Source: an uncultured Gemmatimonadales bacterium (GTDB lineage Bacteria; Gemmatimonadota; Gemmatimonadetes; Longimicrobiales; Gaopeijiaceae). Taken from it: 64,000 nucleotides of DNA. The stretch is taken from assembly GCA_963809895.1 (NCBI GenBank), contig CAWELD010000004.1, positions 128,001-192,000 of the forward strand, given 5' to 3'. How positions within the stretch are numbered: position 1 is the first letter of the stretch; every line of letters starts with the position of its first letter. The notes beneath the pieces are model-generated. The model was given only the letters and a program-made list of their open reading frames with translations, ran no database searches and had not been told where the DNA came from. Shown here piece by piece: positions 10,359-21,198 of the stretch. The position numbers and the translations under genes were made by a program.

Positions 10359-11632
10359 ATGAAGTCCGTCATCGTCGGTGGCGTCCGCACCCCGTTCGCC
10401 CGCGCGGGCACCGTGTTCAAGAGCCTCACCGCCATCGACCTGGGCGTGGTGGCGGTCCGGGAGCTGATGGCGCGCACCGGCGTGCCGGGCGATCAGGTGG
10501 ATCAGCTCGTCTACGGGACGGTGGTCCACGACCCCCACGCACCCAACATCGCCCGCGAGGTCGGTCTCGCCACGCTGCCACCCACGGTGCCCGCCACCAC
10601 CGTGTCCCGGGCCTGCGCCACCTCCAACCAGGCCATCACCGACGCGGCCAACCTCATCGAGGTGGGCTACGCCGACGTGGTGGTAGCCGGGGGTGCCGAG
10701 TCGCTCTCGCACATTCCCATCCTGGTCTCGGAGCGCTTATCACAGGTGCTGGTGCAGGCCTCCAAGGCGAAGTCCATCGGCGACCGGGTGAAGACGCTGG
10801 CGAAGATCCGGCCTCGGGACCTGGTGCCCAGCCAACCCCAGATCGCCGAGCCCACCACCGGCGAGACCATGGGCGAGTCGGCGGAGCGCATGGCCAAGGA
10901 GAACCACATCGCCCGCGAGGATCAGGACGCCTGGGCCCTCCGCTCCCACGAGCGTGCGGCGCAGGGCACCGAGGACGGACGACTCACCGCGGAGATCGCC
11001 CGCGTGTACGTGCCGCCGGACTACGAGGAGGTGGTGACGGCCGACAACGGCATCCGCACGGACACCAGCCTGGAGAAGCTGGCGAGCCTGAAGCCCGTCT
11101 TCGACCGCGCCCACGGGTCGGTGACCGCCGGAAACGCCTCACCCCTCACCGACGGCGCCTCGGCGGTCATGCTCATGTCCGAGGAGCGGGCGCGGGCCGA
11201 GGGCATGGACATCCTGGGCGCATACGCAGTTACGCCTACGCGGCGCTGGATCCCGGTGACCAGCTCCTGCAGGGGCCGGCCTTCGCGGCGCCGGTGGCGC
11301 TGGATCGGGCCGGCGTCACCATGAAGGACATCGGCCTCATGGAGATGCACGAAGCCTTCGCCGCGCAGGTGCTGTCCAACCTCCAGTGGCTGGATTCCGA
11401 CACCTTCGCCCGGGAGCAGCTCGGCCGGGACCGGCGTGTGGGTCATCCGGACCTCGATCGTATCAATGTCATGGGAGGCTCCATCGCCATCGGCCACCCC
11501 TTCGGCGCCACGGGAGGGCGCGTCACCACGACGCTCCTCAACGAGATGCGCCGCCGCGACGTGGAGCTCGGTCTCGTGACCGTGTGCGCCGCCGGTGGCC
11601 TCGGCGTCGCCATGGTCCTGGAACGGGTCTGA
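10359..11632 (+). CDS. fadI: Acetyl-CoA C-acyltransferase (FadI-like thiolase); frameshift near 11216-11220
   Basis: RTPF, SRACATS, GNASPLTDGAS in the first frame; MHEAFAAQ, GHPFGATG, CAAGGLG in the second; one missing G in ctgggcgc restores ILGRIRSY. Confidence 0.85.
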
Positions 11633-11672
11633 CACCAGCAGTCCGCGGCCTGCCGCGGGTGGAGGAGAGAGG

Positions 11673-13136
11673 ATGGGGATGAGGTCGAGGACCGCAGCCG
11701 CCGCCGGCACGGCCGCCATGCTGCTCACGCTGGGAATCGGCGCCGCGGCAGCCCAGGAAGCCACGACGCGTGAACGGGTGGTGGCGCTGGATCCCGAGCA
11801 CGGCATCACGGTCCTGAACGCCGACCGGCGGCAGGAGCTGGGCCTCTTTCCCGAGGTGGAGGGGTTCGTGAGTGCCACGCTCCTCGAGCCGGAACAGGGG
11901 AGCGGCTGGGTCCTGGAGATCGTCATGCGCCGCGACACCGGGACCGTCCGGGAGCGGCGACGCCTGGACGCGGCGGCGCTGGAACGGCTGCGGGGTCAGG
12001 TGGGCGTGGCGCTGCAGGGCATGGGCCTCGAGACCGCCGTGGATCGCGAGGGGCGGGGCGGCGTGGTCCTCGCCAGCACCGTCATGGGGCTGGGCTACTA
12101 CGGCTGGGCGCTCCCCGACGCGCTGGGTGTCACCAGCGACCGAGGTCGTCTGGCCGGCTACCTGCTGACCTCCGGCGCCTCCTTCCTGGTGCCCTACCTC
12201 GTCACGCGGCGGCATCCGGTCAGTCGGGCGCAGCGCAACGGCGTCGTCTGGGGCGCCACCCGGGGCGCGCTCACCGGAAGCGCGCTGGGCGACCTGGTGG
12301 GGCTCGGCGCCGACAACGCCGACAACCGCGACGGCTGGGTGAACGGACTGGGAGTGCTGGGCAGCGTGGGCACGGCGCTGGTCGGCCACGCCTACGCGGG
12401 TTCCGTGAACGACGACGTGGGCAAGGTGGCCCTGGCCGGCGCCCTGGGCGACTTCGCCCTGGCCGAGGGCTTCGGCTGGGCGTACGCCCTGGGCCTGTAC
12501 GACGGCACCACCCGCTGCGACGGCGACGTGTGCTCCACGCAGGAGACCGAGGCCACCCGGACCGGACACGCCTTCGCGCTCGGTGTGGGCGCCGTCGGCA
12601 CCGTGGCCGGCGCCCTGTACGCGCGTCACCGCGACGTCGGCCAGGGAGACGTGCGCGTGCTCCAGTCCGCCGGGCTCCTGGGCGCGCAGGCCGTGGCGCC
12701 CCTCGCCGCGGCCCTCCTGGACGAGGACGATCACGGCGACGACAAGGTCTTCGCCGGTATGGTGCTGGGTGGAGCCGCCCTCGGACTCTTCGTGGGCGAT
12801 CGCTACGGCATGACCGGGAAGCTGTCACCCGGCGACGGCCTCCTGGTCCTGGCCGGGCATCTGGCCGGGGGTGCCGGCCTCCTGGGCGTCCACTACCTGC
12901 TGAACGACGACGCGTCGGCGCAGGCCTACCTGGCCACCTCGGCCCTGGGCTCGCTGTTGGGGTCGTTGCTGACCTACCGGGCGGTGCGGGGTCGGACGGG
13001 CGCCGAGCCGGACTCGGCCGTGCCGGGCGGCAGCACCCTGGAGGTGCACCCCCTGTCGCTCCTGCAGGGGCTGGGCCGCAGCGGCGGCCGGACGTCGAGC
13101 GCGCCGCTGGCGCCGCTCCTCACGATCCGCTTCTGA
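11673..13136 (+). CDS. Gly/Ala-rich multi-helix membrane or surface protein of unknown function
   Basis: Signal peptide ending AAA-Q, many Gly-rich hydrophobic segments, C-terminus PLLTIRF; GGAGG upstream. Confidence 0.75.
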   Translation: MGMRSRTAAAAGTAAMLLTLGIGAAAAQEATTRERVVALDPEHGITVLNADRRQELGLFPEVEGFVSATLLEPEQGSGWVLEIVMRRDTGTVRERRRLDAAALERLRGQVGVALQGMGLETAVDREGRGGVVLASTVMGLGYYGWALPDALGVTSDRGRLAGYLLTSGASFLVPYLVTRRHPVSRAQRNGVVWGATRGALTGSALGDLVGLGADNADNRDGWVNGLGVLGSVGTALVGHAYAGSVNDDVGKVALAGALGDFALAEGFGWAYALGLYDGTTRCDGDVCSTQETEATRTGHAFALGVGAVGTVAGALYARHRDVGQGDVRVLQSAGLLGAQAVAPLAAALLDEDDHGDDKVFAGMVLGGAALGLFVGDRYGMTGKLSPGDGLLVLAGHLAGGAGLLGVHYLLNDDASAQAYLATSALGSLLGSLLTYRAVRGRTGAEPDSAVPGGSTLEVHPLSLLQGLGRSGGRTSSAPLAPLLTIRF

Positions 13137-13172
13137 CGCACCCACGCCTGCTGCGCCGATGGGCGTAGCAGG

Positions 13173-13673
13173 TCACTCCCGGGCCAGCTCCCGCTCCAGG
13201 CTCTGACGCATCTCGCGCCGACGCTGCCCCTCGCGAAAGCGCCGACGGTCTTCGTCGGACTCCAGATCCAGCGGCGGCACGGGCACGGGACGGCTGTCCT
13301 CGTCGATGGCCACGAAGGTGAGCAGGCAGGTGTTGGTGTGCCGCTCGGTGCCCTTGAGCAGATTCTCCGCCTTCACCTGAACGCCGACCTCCATGGAGGT
13401 GCGGCCGACGAAGTTCAGGCGCGCCACACAGGTGACCAGCTCTCCGGCGTAGATCGGCTCCACGAAGTCCACCTGATCGATGGAGACGGTGACGCACGCC
13501 CGTCCGGCGTGACGCATGGCCGCCACCGCCGCGGCCCGGTCCACCATGGACAGGATCACGCCCCCGAACACGTGGCCCAGGTTGTTGACGTGCTGGGGCA
13601 TCATGAGCTCCGAGACCAACGACTCCGACGCCCCGGGAGTGCGGGGCCGCAGTTCGGGTGAGCCCCCCGTCAC
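13173..13673 (-). CDS. Acyl-CoA thioesterase (hotdog fold, YciA-like)
   Basis: NNLGHVFGG, VTVSID, GRTSMEVGV, TFVAID; GTG start overlapping the upstream stop. Confidence 0.92.
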   Translation of the reverse strand: MTGGSPELRPRTPGASESLVSELMMPQHVNNLGHVFGGVILSMVDRAAAVAAMRHAGRACVTVSIDQVDFVEPIYAGELVTCVARLNFVGRTSMEVGVQVKAENLLKGTERHTNTCLLTFVAIDEDSRPVPVPPLDLESDEDRRRFREGQRRREMRQSLERELARE

Positions 13674-14185
13674 GGACGAGCCCCGCTGGCGCGGGCGTCG
13701 GCCTCGGAATCGAAGCGGCCTCCCGCCGCCGCGCGGATCCGGCTCGCCAGGCGCTTGGCGTCGTTGCTCCCGACGTACAGCCGTGTGCCGTCGTCCAGGT
13801 GCAGCACCACCGCCTGATTGCCGCTGGCCGTCCAGGCCCTCTTCTTGCCGGCCCCGAAGCGGATCCCCCATCCCCCGAACTCCCGGAGGGGATGGTACTC
13901 CACGGGCTCGATGCGCTGGATGCGGTCGTAGGCGACGTGCTTGCGAAAGGGCCAACCCCGTCCCAGCGCCACCGTCAGCGACTGACGTCGGACGATGACG
14001 GTCAATCCACCCAGGAAGTACATCAACAGCCCTCCCAGTACGGGGAGCCCGAGCAGCACCAATGCCGATGCATCGCCGGACTTGAGGGCGCCCCACATGC
14101 CCGCGGCCAAAGCACCCCAGATGATGAGCTGCACCCACACCGGCCACCGGCTCCGCTCTGTGTAGACGACCCTGTCCTGGTCCAT
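13670..14185 (-). CDS. Conserved-looking membrane protein (two TM helices plus a domain with FGGWGIR)
   Basis: Two N-terminal hydrophobic helices, YHPLREFGGWGIR motif, GGAG RBS. Confidence 0.8.
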   Translation of the reverse strand: MDQDRVVYTERSRWPVWVQLIIWGALAAGMWGALKSGDASALVLLGLPVLGGLLMYFLGGLTVIVRRQSLTVALGRGWPFRKHVAYDRIQRIEPVEYHPLREFGGWGIRFGAGKKRAWTASGNQAVVLHLDDGTRLYVGSNDAKRLASRIRAAAGGRFDSEADARASGARP

Positions 14186-14310
14186 GGCGGTCTCCCTGCT
14201 GGAATGACGTACGCTCCCAACATACTACGCGCGACGTTGCCCTGCTTCTTCTCGCGGCCCACAATCGGGCGGCCGGCCTTTCACTCTCGTGCCATCGAAA
14301 CGGAGAGCGC

Positions 14311-15810
14311 GTGAACGCCCCGTCACCCGAGTCCAGACGCCATCCGGCCCAGCGCGTGGGCCTGATTCTCGGCGCCGTGCTCTTCGTGGCGATCCTGCTG
14401 CTGCCCCCTCCATCGGGCCTCTCCGAAGCGGGCTGGCGCACGGCCGGGGTGGCGGGCCTCATGGCCGTCTGGTGGGTCACCGAGGCGGTGGCGATCCCCG
14501 TCACGGCGCTGCTTCCTCTCGTGCTCTTTCCCGCGTTGGGCGTGCTCACGGCGTCCGATGCCGCGGCGCCCTACGCCCACGAGCTCATCTTTCTCTTCAT
14601 GGGGGGATTCTTCCTCGCCGCGGCCATGGAGCGCTGGGGACTGCACCGACGTATCGCCCTGGGCATCCTGCACCGGGTCGGCACGGGGCCCGAGCGACTG
14701 GTGCTGGGCTTCATGCTGGCCACGGCCTTCCTGTCCATGTGGATTTCCAACACGGCCACCACCGCCATGATGCTCCCCATCGGCATGGCCGTGGCCGGAC
14801 TGTTCGGCGCCGAGGACGGCGGAGCGGACGGCGAGCGCCGACACAATGCTCTGGGCGTCAGCCTGATGCTGGGGATCGCCTACGCAGCGTCCATCGGCGG
14901 CGTAGCGACGCTCATCGGCACGCCGCCCAACGCCGTGCTCGCCGCGCAGGCCGACGAGCTCCTCGGCGTGCGCATCGGTTTCCTGGAGTGGATGGCGGTG
15001 GGGGTCCCGGTGGCGGTGGTGATGCTCCCCCTCACCTGGCTCCTGCTGGTCAAGCTCCTGCATCCGCCGGGTCACCTGCACGGCGACGCCGGCGCCCTCT
15101 TGGCGGAGGAGCGCGCCGCCCTCGGCCCCCGCAGCCGGGCCGAGACCACGGTGGCCGTGGTCTTCGTCCTCACAGCCCTGGCCTGGGTCTTCCGCGAGCC
15201 GAAGACCTTCGGCACCTTCACCATACCGGGGCTTCAGAGCTTCATGCCCGAGTTGCGCGACTCCACCATCGCCATGGCGGCGTCGCTGGTGCTCTTCCTG
15301 ATTCCCGTGGAGCGGGACGGCACCCGGGCCCTGGAGTGGCCCCAGGCTCGCCGGATCGCCTGGGGCGTGCTGGTGCTCTTCGGTGGAGGCCTCTCGCTGG
15401 CACGGGCCATGGACCGTTCGGGGCTCGCGGCCTGGATCGGCGAGGGGGTGCAGGGCCTGGGTCAGGTGAGCCCGGTCGTGATCGTCGGAGTCGTGGCGTT
15501 GCTTTTCGTGTTCCTCACCGAGGTCACGTCGAACACCGCCACCGCCACCATGGCCATGCCCGTGATGGCCGGTGCGGCCGCCGGGCTGGCGCTCCCCGCC
15601 CTGCCTCTCATGACCACGGCGGCGCTGGCGTCGTCCATGGCCTTCATGCTCCCGGTGGCCACGCCACCCAATGCCATCGTCTTCGGCTCGGACTACCTGA
15701 CCATTCCCATCATGGCGCGCGCCGGCTTCTTCCTGAATCTCCTCTCCGTCACCGTCGTGACCGCTGCGGTGACCTTCCTGGTTCCTCTGGCGCTGGCGAG
15801 CCTGTCATGA
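14311..15810 (+). CDS. DASS/SLC13 sodium:dicarboxylate or anion symporter
   Basis: SMWISNTAT, IGTPPN, TEVTSNTAT, FMLPVATPPNAIVF. Confidence 0.95.
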   Translation: MNAPSPESRRHPAQRVGLILGAVLFVAILLLPPPSGLSEAGWRTAGVAGLMAVWWVTEAVAIPVTALLPLVLFPALGVLTASDAAAPYAHELIFLFMGGFFLAAAMERWGLHRRIALGILHRVGTGPERLVLGFMLATAFLSMWISNTATTAMMLPIGMAVAGLFGAEDGGADGERRHNALGVSLMLGIAYAASIGGVATLIGTPPNAVLAAQADELLGVRIGFLEWMAVGVPVAVVMLPLTWLLLVKLLHPPGHLHGDAGALLAEERAALGPRSRAETTVAVVFVLTALAWVFREPKTFGTFTIPGLQSFMPELRDSTIAMAASLVLFLIPVERDGTRALEWPQARRIAWGVLVLFGGGLSLARAMDRSGLAAWIGEGVQGLGQVSPVVIVGVVALLFVFLTEVTSNTATATMAMPVMAGAAAGLALPALPLMTTAALASSMAFMLPVATPPNAIVFGSDYLTIPIMARAGFFLNLLSVTVVTAAVTFLVPLALASLS

Positions 15811-17096
15811 CCGACGCCCGCGTCTGGAGCCGCTATCAGCGCTACCTGTCCACGACGCCGCATCTCGTGGTGGAGTGGAACGACGCCCCCACCGGCGCCC
15901 GGGGATGGCTGGTCCTCAATTCGCTTCGGGGCGGCGCCGCGGGCGGGGGCACACGCATGCGGGCCGGCGTGACCCGCGAAGAGGTGACGTATCTGGCCAA
16001 GGCCATGGAGCTCAAGTTCGCCTTCTCCGGACCGGCCATCGGCGGTGGCAAGTCCGGCATCGCCTTCGATCCCACCGATCCCCGTCGCTCGCAGGTGCTG
16101 CGGCGCTGGTTCAAGGCCATCCACCCCTTCCTGTCCACCTGCTACGGCACCGGCGGCGACGTCAACGTGGACGAGCAGCGCGACGTGGAGCCCCTGTGCC
16201 GCGAGTTGGGCCTCGCCCACCCGCAGCAGGGGGTCGTGGTGGGCCACCTCCAGGCGCGGGGCACCGACGTGGTGCGCTCCTTCCAGAGCCTCCGCGAGGG
16301 CCTGGCGCTTCCGCTGCAGGGCTCGCGCCTGGCCGTGACCGGCACGGAGTTCCGGGTCTCGGACATGATTACCGGGTTCGGGGTGGCGCGGGCCGCGACG
16401 GGGCTGCTGGATGCGGGCGGCGACGGCCTGGAAGGCGTGCGTGCCATCGTGGAGGGTTTCGGTAACGTGGGTGCGGCCGCGGCGCTTTATCTGGCGCGGG
16501 CCGGAGCGCGCATCGTGGGAATCATCGACGCCGAGTCCGCGCTGGTCGCGCCGGAGGGACTCGGGGCCGACGAGGTCGAGGATCTGGTGCGGCGCCGGTC
16601 GGCACGCACTTTGCCCGATCATCCCCTGCGCCGTGCGGGCGAGGCCCGCTTCGAGGTCTATGGCGTGAGCGCGGACCTCCTGGTGCCCGCCGCGATCTCC
16701 GGATCCCTGGATCGCCCGCGCCTCGAGAAGATGCGCGGCGGCGGCGTCCGTTGGATCGTGTGCGGCGCGAACCAGCCCTTCCGGGAGCTTCGTCTGGGCG
16801 ATACCCGAACCCAGGAATGGGCCGATGGTGTATTCGGAATCGTGCCCGACGTGGTCGGGAGTCTCGGGATGGCACGGGCCTTCGCGCATCTGATGTCGGG
16901 AGGCGCGGCGGCACGTCCCGACGACGTCTTCGCTGCCGTGGGCGAGGTGATGGACGATGCGCTCGCCCGGGTGGTGGAGCGCGCCGGGACCGTGGGACCC
17001 GGGCTCCTGGCCGCCGCCGTGGACCTCGCCATGGACCGCACGGGGTTCGACGGCACCGGGAGCAAGAGCGGCCACGCCGGAGTGGATGTGGCCTGA
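15807..17096 (+). CDS. Glu/Leu/Phe/Val dehydrogenase family protein
   Basis: GGGTR, LAKAMELKF, GGGKSGI, EGFGNVG, CGAN; ATGA overlap with the transporter. Confidence 0.9.
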   Translation: MTDARVWSRYQRYLSTTPHLVVEWNDAPTGARGWLVLNSLRGGAAGGGTRMRAGVTREEVTYLAKAMELKFAFSGPAIGGGKSGIAFDPTDPRRSQVLRRWFKAIHPFLSTCYGTGGDVNVDEQRDVEPLCRELGLAHPQQGVVVGHLQARGTDVVRSFQSLREGLALPLQGSRLAVTGTEFRVSDMITGFGVARAATGLLDAGGDGLEGVRAIVEGFGNVGAAAALYLARAGARIVGIIDAESALVAPEGLGADEVEDLVRRRSARTLPDHPLRRAGEARFEVYGVSADLLVPAAISGSLDRPRLEKMRGGGVRWIVCGANQPFRELRLGDTRTQEWADGVFGIVPDVVGSLGMARAFAHLMSGGAAARPDDVFAAVGEVMDDALARVVERAGTVGPGLLAAAVDLAMDRTGFDGTGSKSGHAGVDVA

Positions 17097-17124
17097 ACGG
17101 TCGACATCCAATCGAGGTCATTGC

Positions 17125-20100
17125 ATGGGCGGTGCGTACCGAACCGGGCTGATGGGGATCCTGCTGTCGGCCGGCCTGCTGGCCGGCTGCGGAGACAGCG
17201 GCTCCAATCCCGGCCCCCAGCCCACGACGATTCGCATCACGCCGTCCGCCGTGAGCTTCGACGCCGTGGGCGCCACCGCCACCCTCACGGTCCAGGTCCT
17301 GGACCAGGACGGCACCGCCCTGCCCGGCGCCGCCGTGACGTGGAGCTCCGACGATCAGGGCGTCGCCACGGTCACCACCGCCGGTATCGTCACGTCACGG
17401 GGCAACGGCACGGCCCACCTGTCGGCCCGCTCGGGCGATGCCGTCGGTACGACCACCGTCACGGTGGCGCAGGTAGGTGAGGCCCTGGCCGAGTCCGGGG
17501 GTGCCGACCAGGTCGGGCCCGCGGGCGTGGCGCTCTCCATGCCGCTGCAGGTACGCGCTACCGACCGGCTCGGCGCCGTCGCGGTCGGCGTCCCGGTGAC
17601 CTTCGAGGTCACCGAGGGCGAGGGCAGCGTGAGCCCGGCCACCGCCGCCACCGACGCCCAGGGCGTGGCGTCCAGCATCTGGACGCTGGGCCCCGACGCA
17701 TCCGGGTCCCAGCGCGTGCGCAGCCGCCTGTCTTCGGGCGACTTCGTGGACTTCACGGCCGACGCGGTTCCCGGCCCCCCCGATGCGCTGGCGGTCGTCA
17801 CCGGTGACCAGCAGACGGCGCCACGGAGCACGGCCCTCACCCAGCCGTTGACCCTGCGGGTGGCCGACGCCTTCGACAATCCCGTGGCGGGTGCCACGGT
17901 GGACTTCGCCGTCACCGCCGGAACCGGCAGCGTGTCGCCCACCACGACCCAGACCGACGCCGACGGCAACGCCGCGGCCGCCTGGACGCTGGGGCCGGAG
18001 ATCGGCGAGCAGTCGGTGGAGGCCACGGTAGGCGACGTCCACCTGGCGTTCACCGCCACCGCCACCACCGAGCCCGCGGCGCTGGAGCTGTCCGGGGGCC
18101 AGAGCCAGACGGCCACGGTGGCAAGCGACGTGCCGGTGGCTCCCACCGTGCGGGTGCTGGACGCCGCCGACCTGCCGGTGCCCGGGGTGGAGGTCACCTT
18201 CCGGGTGACCGCCGGGGGTGGCTCCGTGGCCGCCGGCGCCGCGGCGCCCCCTGGCCTCTCCGACGCGAACGGCGACGAGATCACGGTGCAGACCGACGAC
18301 CAGGGCGAGGCGTCGGCCGTCTGGACGCTCGGTACCGGCGCGGGCGCCCAGTCGCTCGAGGCCTCGGTGGCCAACGTGGGCTCGGTGGTCTTCAACGCCC
18401 AGGCCACGGCAGGGGCGCCCGCCTCGTTGACCGTGGTGTCCGGCGACGCCCAGAGCGGTGCGCCGGCGTCGACGCTGGCCCAGGCCGTGGTGGTGGAGGT
18501 GGACGACGGCTTCGGCAACCCCGTCCAGGGCGTCTCGGTGGGCTTCGCCGTCACCGGTGGCGGCGGCTCGCTCACCCCGGCCTCGGTCACCACCGGGCCC
18601 GACGGCCGCGCCGCGGCGAGCTGGACCCTGGGGCCTTCCAATGGACCCCAGGCGGGAGAGGCCACGGCGGGTGACCTCCAGGCCACCTTCTCCGCCACCG
18701 CCCAGACCGTGCCCGCGGCCCTGGTGATTCTGGCCGGCAACGGACAGGACGTCACCGTGGGCACCGACGCCGTGCCTCCGTCGGTACGGGTGGACGACGC
18801 CGGCGGAAACCGCCTGGGCGGCGTGACCGTGACCTTTCAGGTGACCCAGGGAACCAGCACGCTCACCGAGGGCGCGAACTCGGGCACCGCGGTGACCGCC
18901 GTCACCGACGCCTCGGGAATCGCCACCCTGGACGCCTGGAGCATCGGCACCGTCGCGGGGGTGCAGCAGGTCACCGTCTCGGTCTCCGGGGTCGCGCCCC
19001 GCATCGTGTCGGCCACGGCCAGGGCCGGCGCCGCAGCCGCCTTCGTCAAGGTATCCGGCGACGGCCAGACCGGGCCGGCGAGCTCGTCGCTTCCGCAGCC
19101 CGTGGTGGTGCGGGTCGAAGACACCTGGGGCAATCCCAAGTCGGGTGTCTCGGTGACCTTCACCCCCGGCAGCGGCTCCGTGCTTCCCGCGAGCTCCGTC
19201 ACCAACGCGCAGGGGCAGGCCCAGACGCTGTGGACGCTGGGCTCGTCGCAGGGCACGCAGTTCCTGTCGGCCACCACCGGCGGCCTCGCGCCCCTGAACT
19301 TCTCGGCTACCGCCACGCCCGGTGGCGGCGGGGCGTACAGCATCGAGCTCCAGTACCTCACCGCCGTGCCTGCGAGCCAGCAGACGGCCTTCGAATCCGC
19401 CGCCAACCGCTGGAGCGGCATCATCACCGGCGACCTGCCCGACGTGTCGATGACGGCCGACGGCCAACACGTGCGGGGACGGATCGCCGGCCATGAGCGC
19501 CCGGCTGGTGGACGACCTGCTGGTCTTCATCACGGTGGAGCCCATCGACGGGGTCGGCAGCATCCTCGGGCAGGCCGGCCCCTGCTTCGTGCGTAGCGGC
19601 AGCACGCTCACCGTGGTGGGCCGCATGATCTTCGACGAGGCCGACGTCGACAACATGGAGTCCAACGGCACCCTCACCGACGTCATCACCCACGAGCTGG
19701 GCCACATCCTGGGCATCGGCTCGCTGTGGGACGCCTTCGGGCTGCTGCAGGACCCGTCGCTGGTCACCCCGGGAGCCGACACCTACTTCAGCGGCACCCA
19801 GGCCATCAGCGCCTTCGACGGCGTGGGCGGGGCGAGCTACGTGGGCAACAAGGTGCCGGTGGAGAACCAGCAGGGGGGGTCGGGCACCAAGGACTCGCAC
19901 TGGCGTGAGAGCGTCTTCGACAACGAGCTCATGACCGGCTTCATCAACAGCGGCGCCAACCCGCTGAGCGCCGTGACCATCGCCTCATTGGCCGACCTGG
20001 GCTACACCGTGGATCTGGGCCAGGCGGACAGCTACACGCTGCCCTCGCTGGCTCCGCCGCCCCCGTCGGCCGAGATCCGCCCGAGCATCCAGCTCGTGCG

Positions 20101-20170
20101 AGACCAGCTGGGGGGCCCGGTCTACGTGGTGGACTCGCGGGGCCGTGTGCTGGGGGTCATCCCCCGCTGA
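17125..20170 (+). CDS. Lipoprotein with one Big_2-like and six Big_1-like Ig domains plus a C-terminal leishmanolysin (M8)-like metallopeptidase; frameshift near 19452-19465
   Basis: Lipobox LLAGC; six approx. 100-aa repeats ending W(T/S)(L/I)G...Q; second frame carries LGQAGPC, HELGH, DSHWRE, NELMTG. Confidence 0.85.
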
Positions 20171-20210
20171 GCCGAGGGCGAACAGGCGACCGGCCTGGCA
20201 GCCCACCCCG

Positions 20211-21194
20211 TCAGGCCTGGAGTTGCGCCAGCGCCCGCCGCACGTAGACCGGCACCATGGCCCGCCGCCAGTCCGGATCCAGGGTGATGTTCTCCAGGGG
20301 ATGGCACTGCTGGTGGGCGCGCTGGGCCAGGGCCTCCAACACCTCTTCGTCCAACGGACGCCCCTCCGCCAGCTCACCCCACCCCGTGAGCTCGCGAGGG
20401 CGCGAGCCCAGCCCGGTCACCACGCCCCGCAGGTCGCGCACGACCCCGTCGCCGTCCAGCGATCCGGCCACGGCCACGGTGAGCAGCGGAAAGTCGATGG
20501 AGCGGCGCTGGCGGAGCTTGGCGTACCCCATGCGCACCTCCGGACCGGGAACCGGCACCCGGATGCGGGTCACCAACTCGCCCGGCTCCCGGCGGCTGTT
20601 CCAGATCCCGTCGGCCACGAAGAAGTCGTCGACGGACAGGGTGCGCCTGCCCTCGGGGCCCTCCAGGTCGACCTCGGCGTTGAGCGTCATGAGCACCGGC
20701 GGTGTGTCGGCCGAGTGGGCGGCGACGCACTTGCGGCCCACCCTGGTCACGTGGCAGACCTCGCCGTCCTTCTTGAGGCAGTAGCCCAGGGCCCCCCGCC
20801 AGAACTCGGTCTGGTTGTAATACGTGCAGCGGGTGTCCAGGCACAGGTTGCCGCCCAGGGTGCCACGATTCCTGAGCTGGGGGCCCGCCACGTGGCCGGC
20901 GGCCTCGGCCAGCGCCGGCAGGTGCCGACGCACCAGGGGATCGCCGGCGACCGTGGCCAGCGTCTCGCCGGCGCCCAGCACGATCTCATCCCCCTCGCGA
21001 CGAATCCCCCGCATCTCTTCGATCCCCCCGAGCGCCACCAGGTGGCCGGGCTCGAAGAGCCGGTGCTTCATGTTCGGCACCAGATCGGTTCCGCCCGCCA
21101 CCGGCAGTGCGTCGCCGGCGTGCTCACCGAGGAGCTCCACGGCCTCACGCACGGTGGCCGGGCGATGATAGCGGAAGGGCGGAAGGCGAAGCAT
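20211..21194 (-). CDS. FAD-binding subunit of a xanthine-dehydrogenase-family molybdoenzyme (HcrB-like, with [4Fe-4S] insert)
   Basis: AGGTDL, RNRGTLGGNL, Cys-rich insert CLDTRCTYYNQ...C...C...C. Confidence 0.9.
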   Translation of the reverse strand: MLRLPPFRYHRPATVREAVELLGEHAGDALPVAGGTDLVPNMKHRLFEPGHLVALGGIEEMRGIRREGDEIVLGAGETLATVAGDPLVRRHLPALAEAAGHVAGPQLRNRGTLGGNLCLDTRCTYYNQTEFWRGALGYCLKKDGEVCHVTRVGRKCVAAHSADTPPVLMTLNAEVDLEGPEGRRTLSVDDFFVADGIWNSRREPGELVTRIRVPVPGPEVRMGYAKLRQRRSIDFPLLTVAVAGSLDGDGVVRDLRGVVTGLGSRPRELTGWGELAEGRPLDEEVLEALAQRAHQQCHPLENITLDPDWRRAMVPVYVRRALAQLQA

Positions 21195-21198
21195 GATT

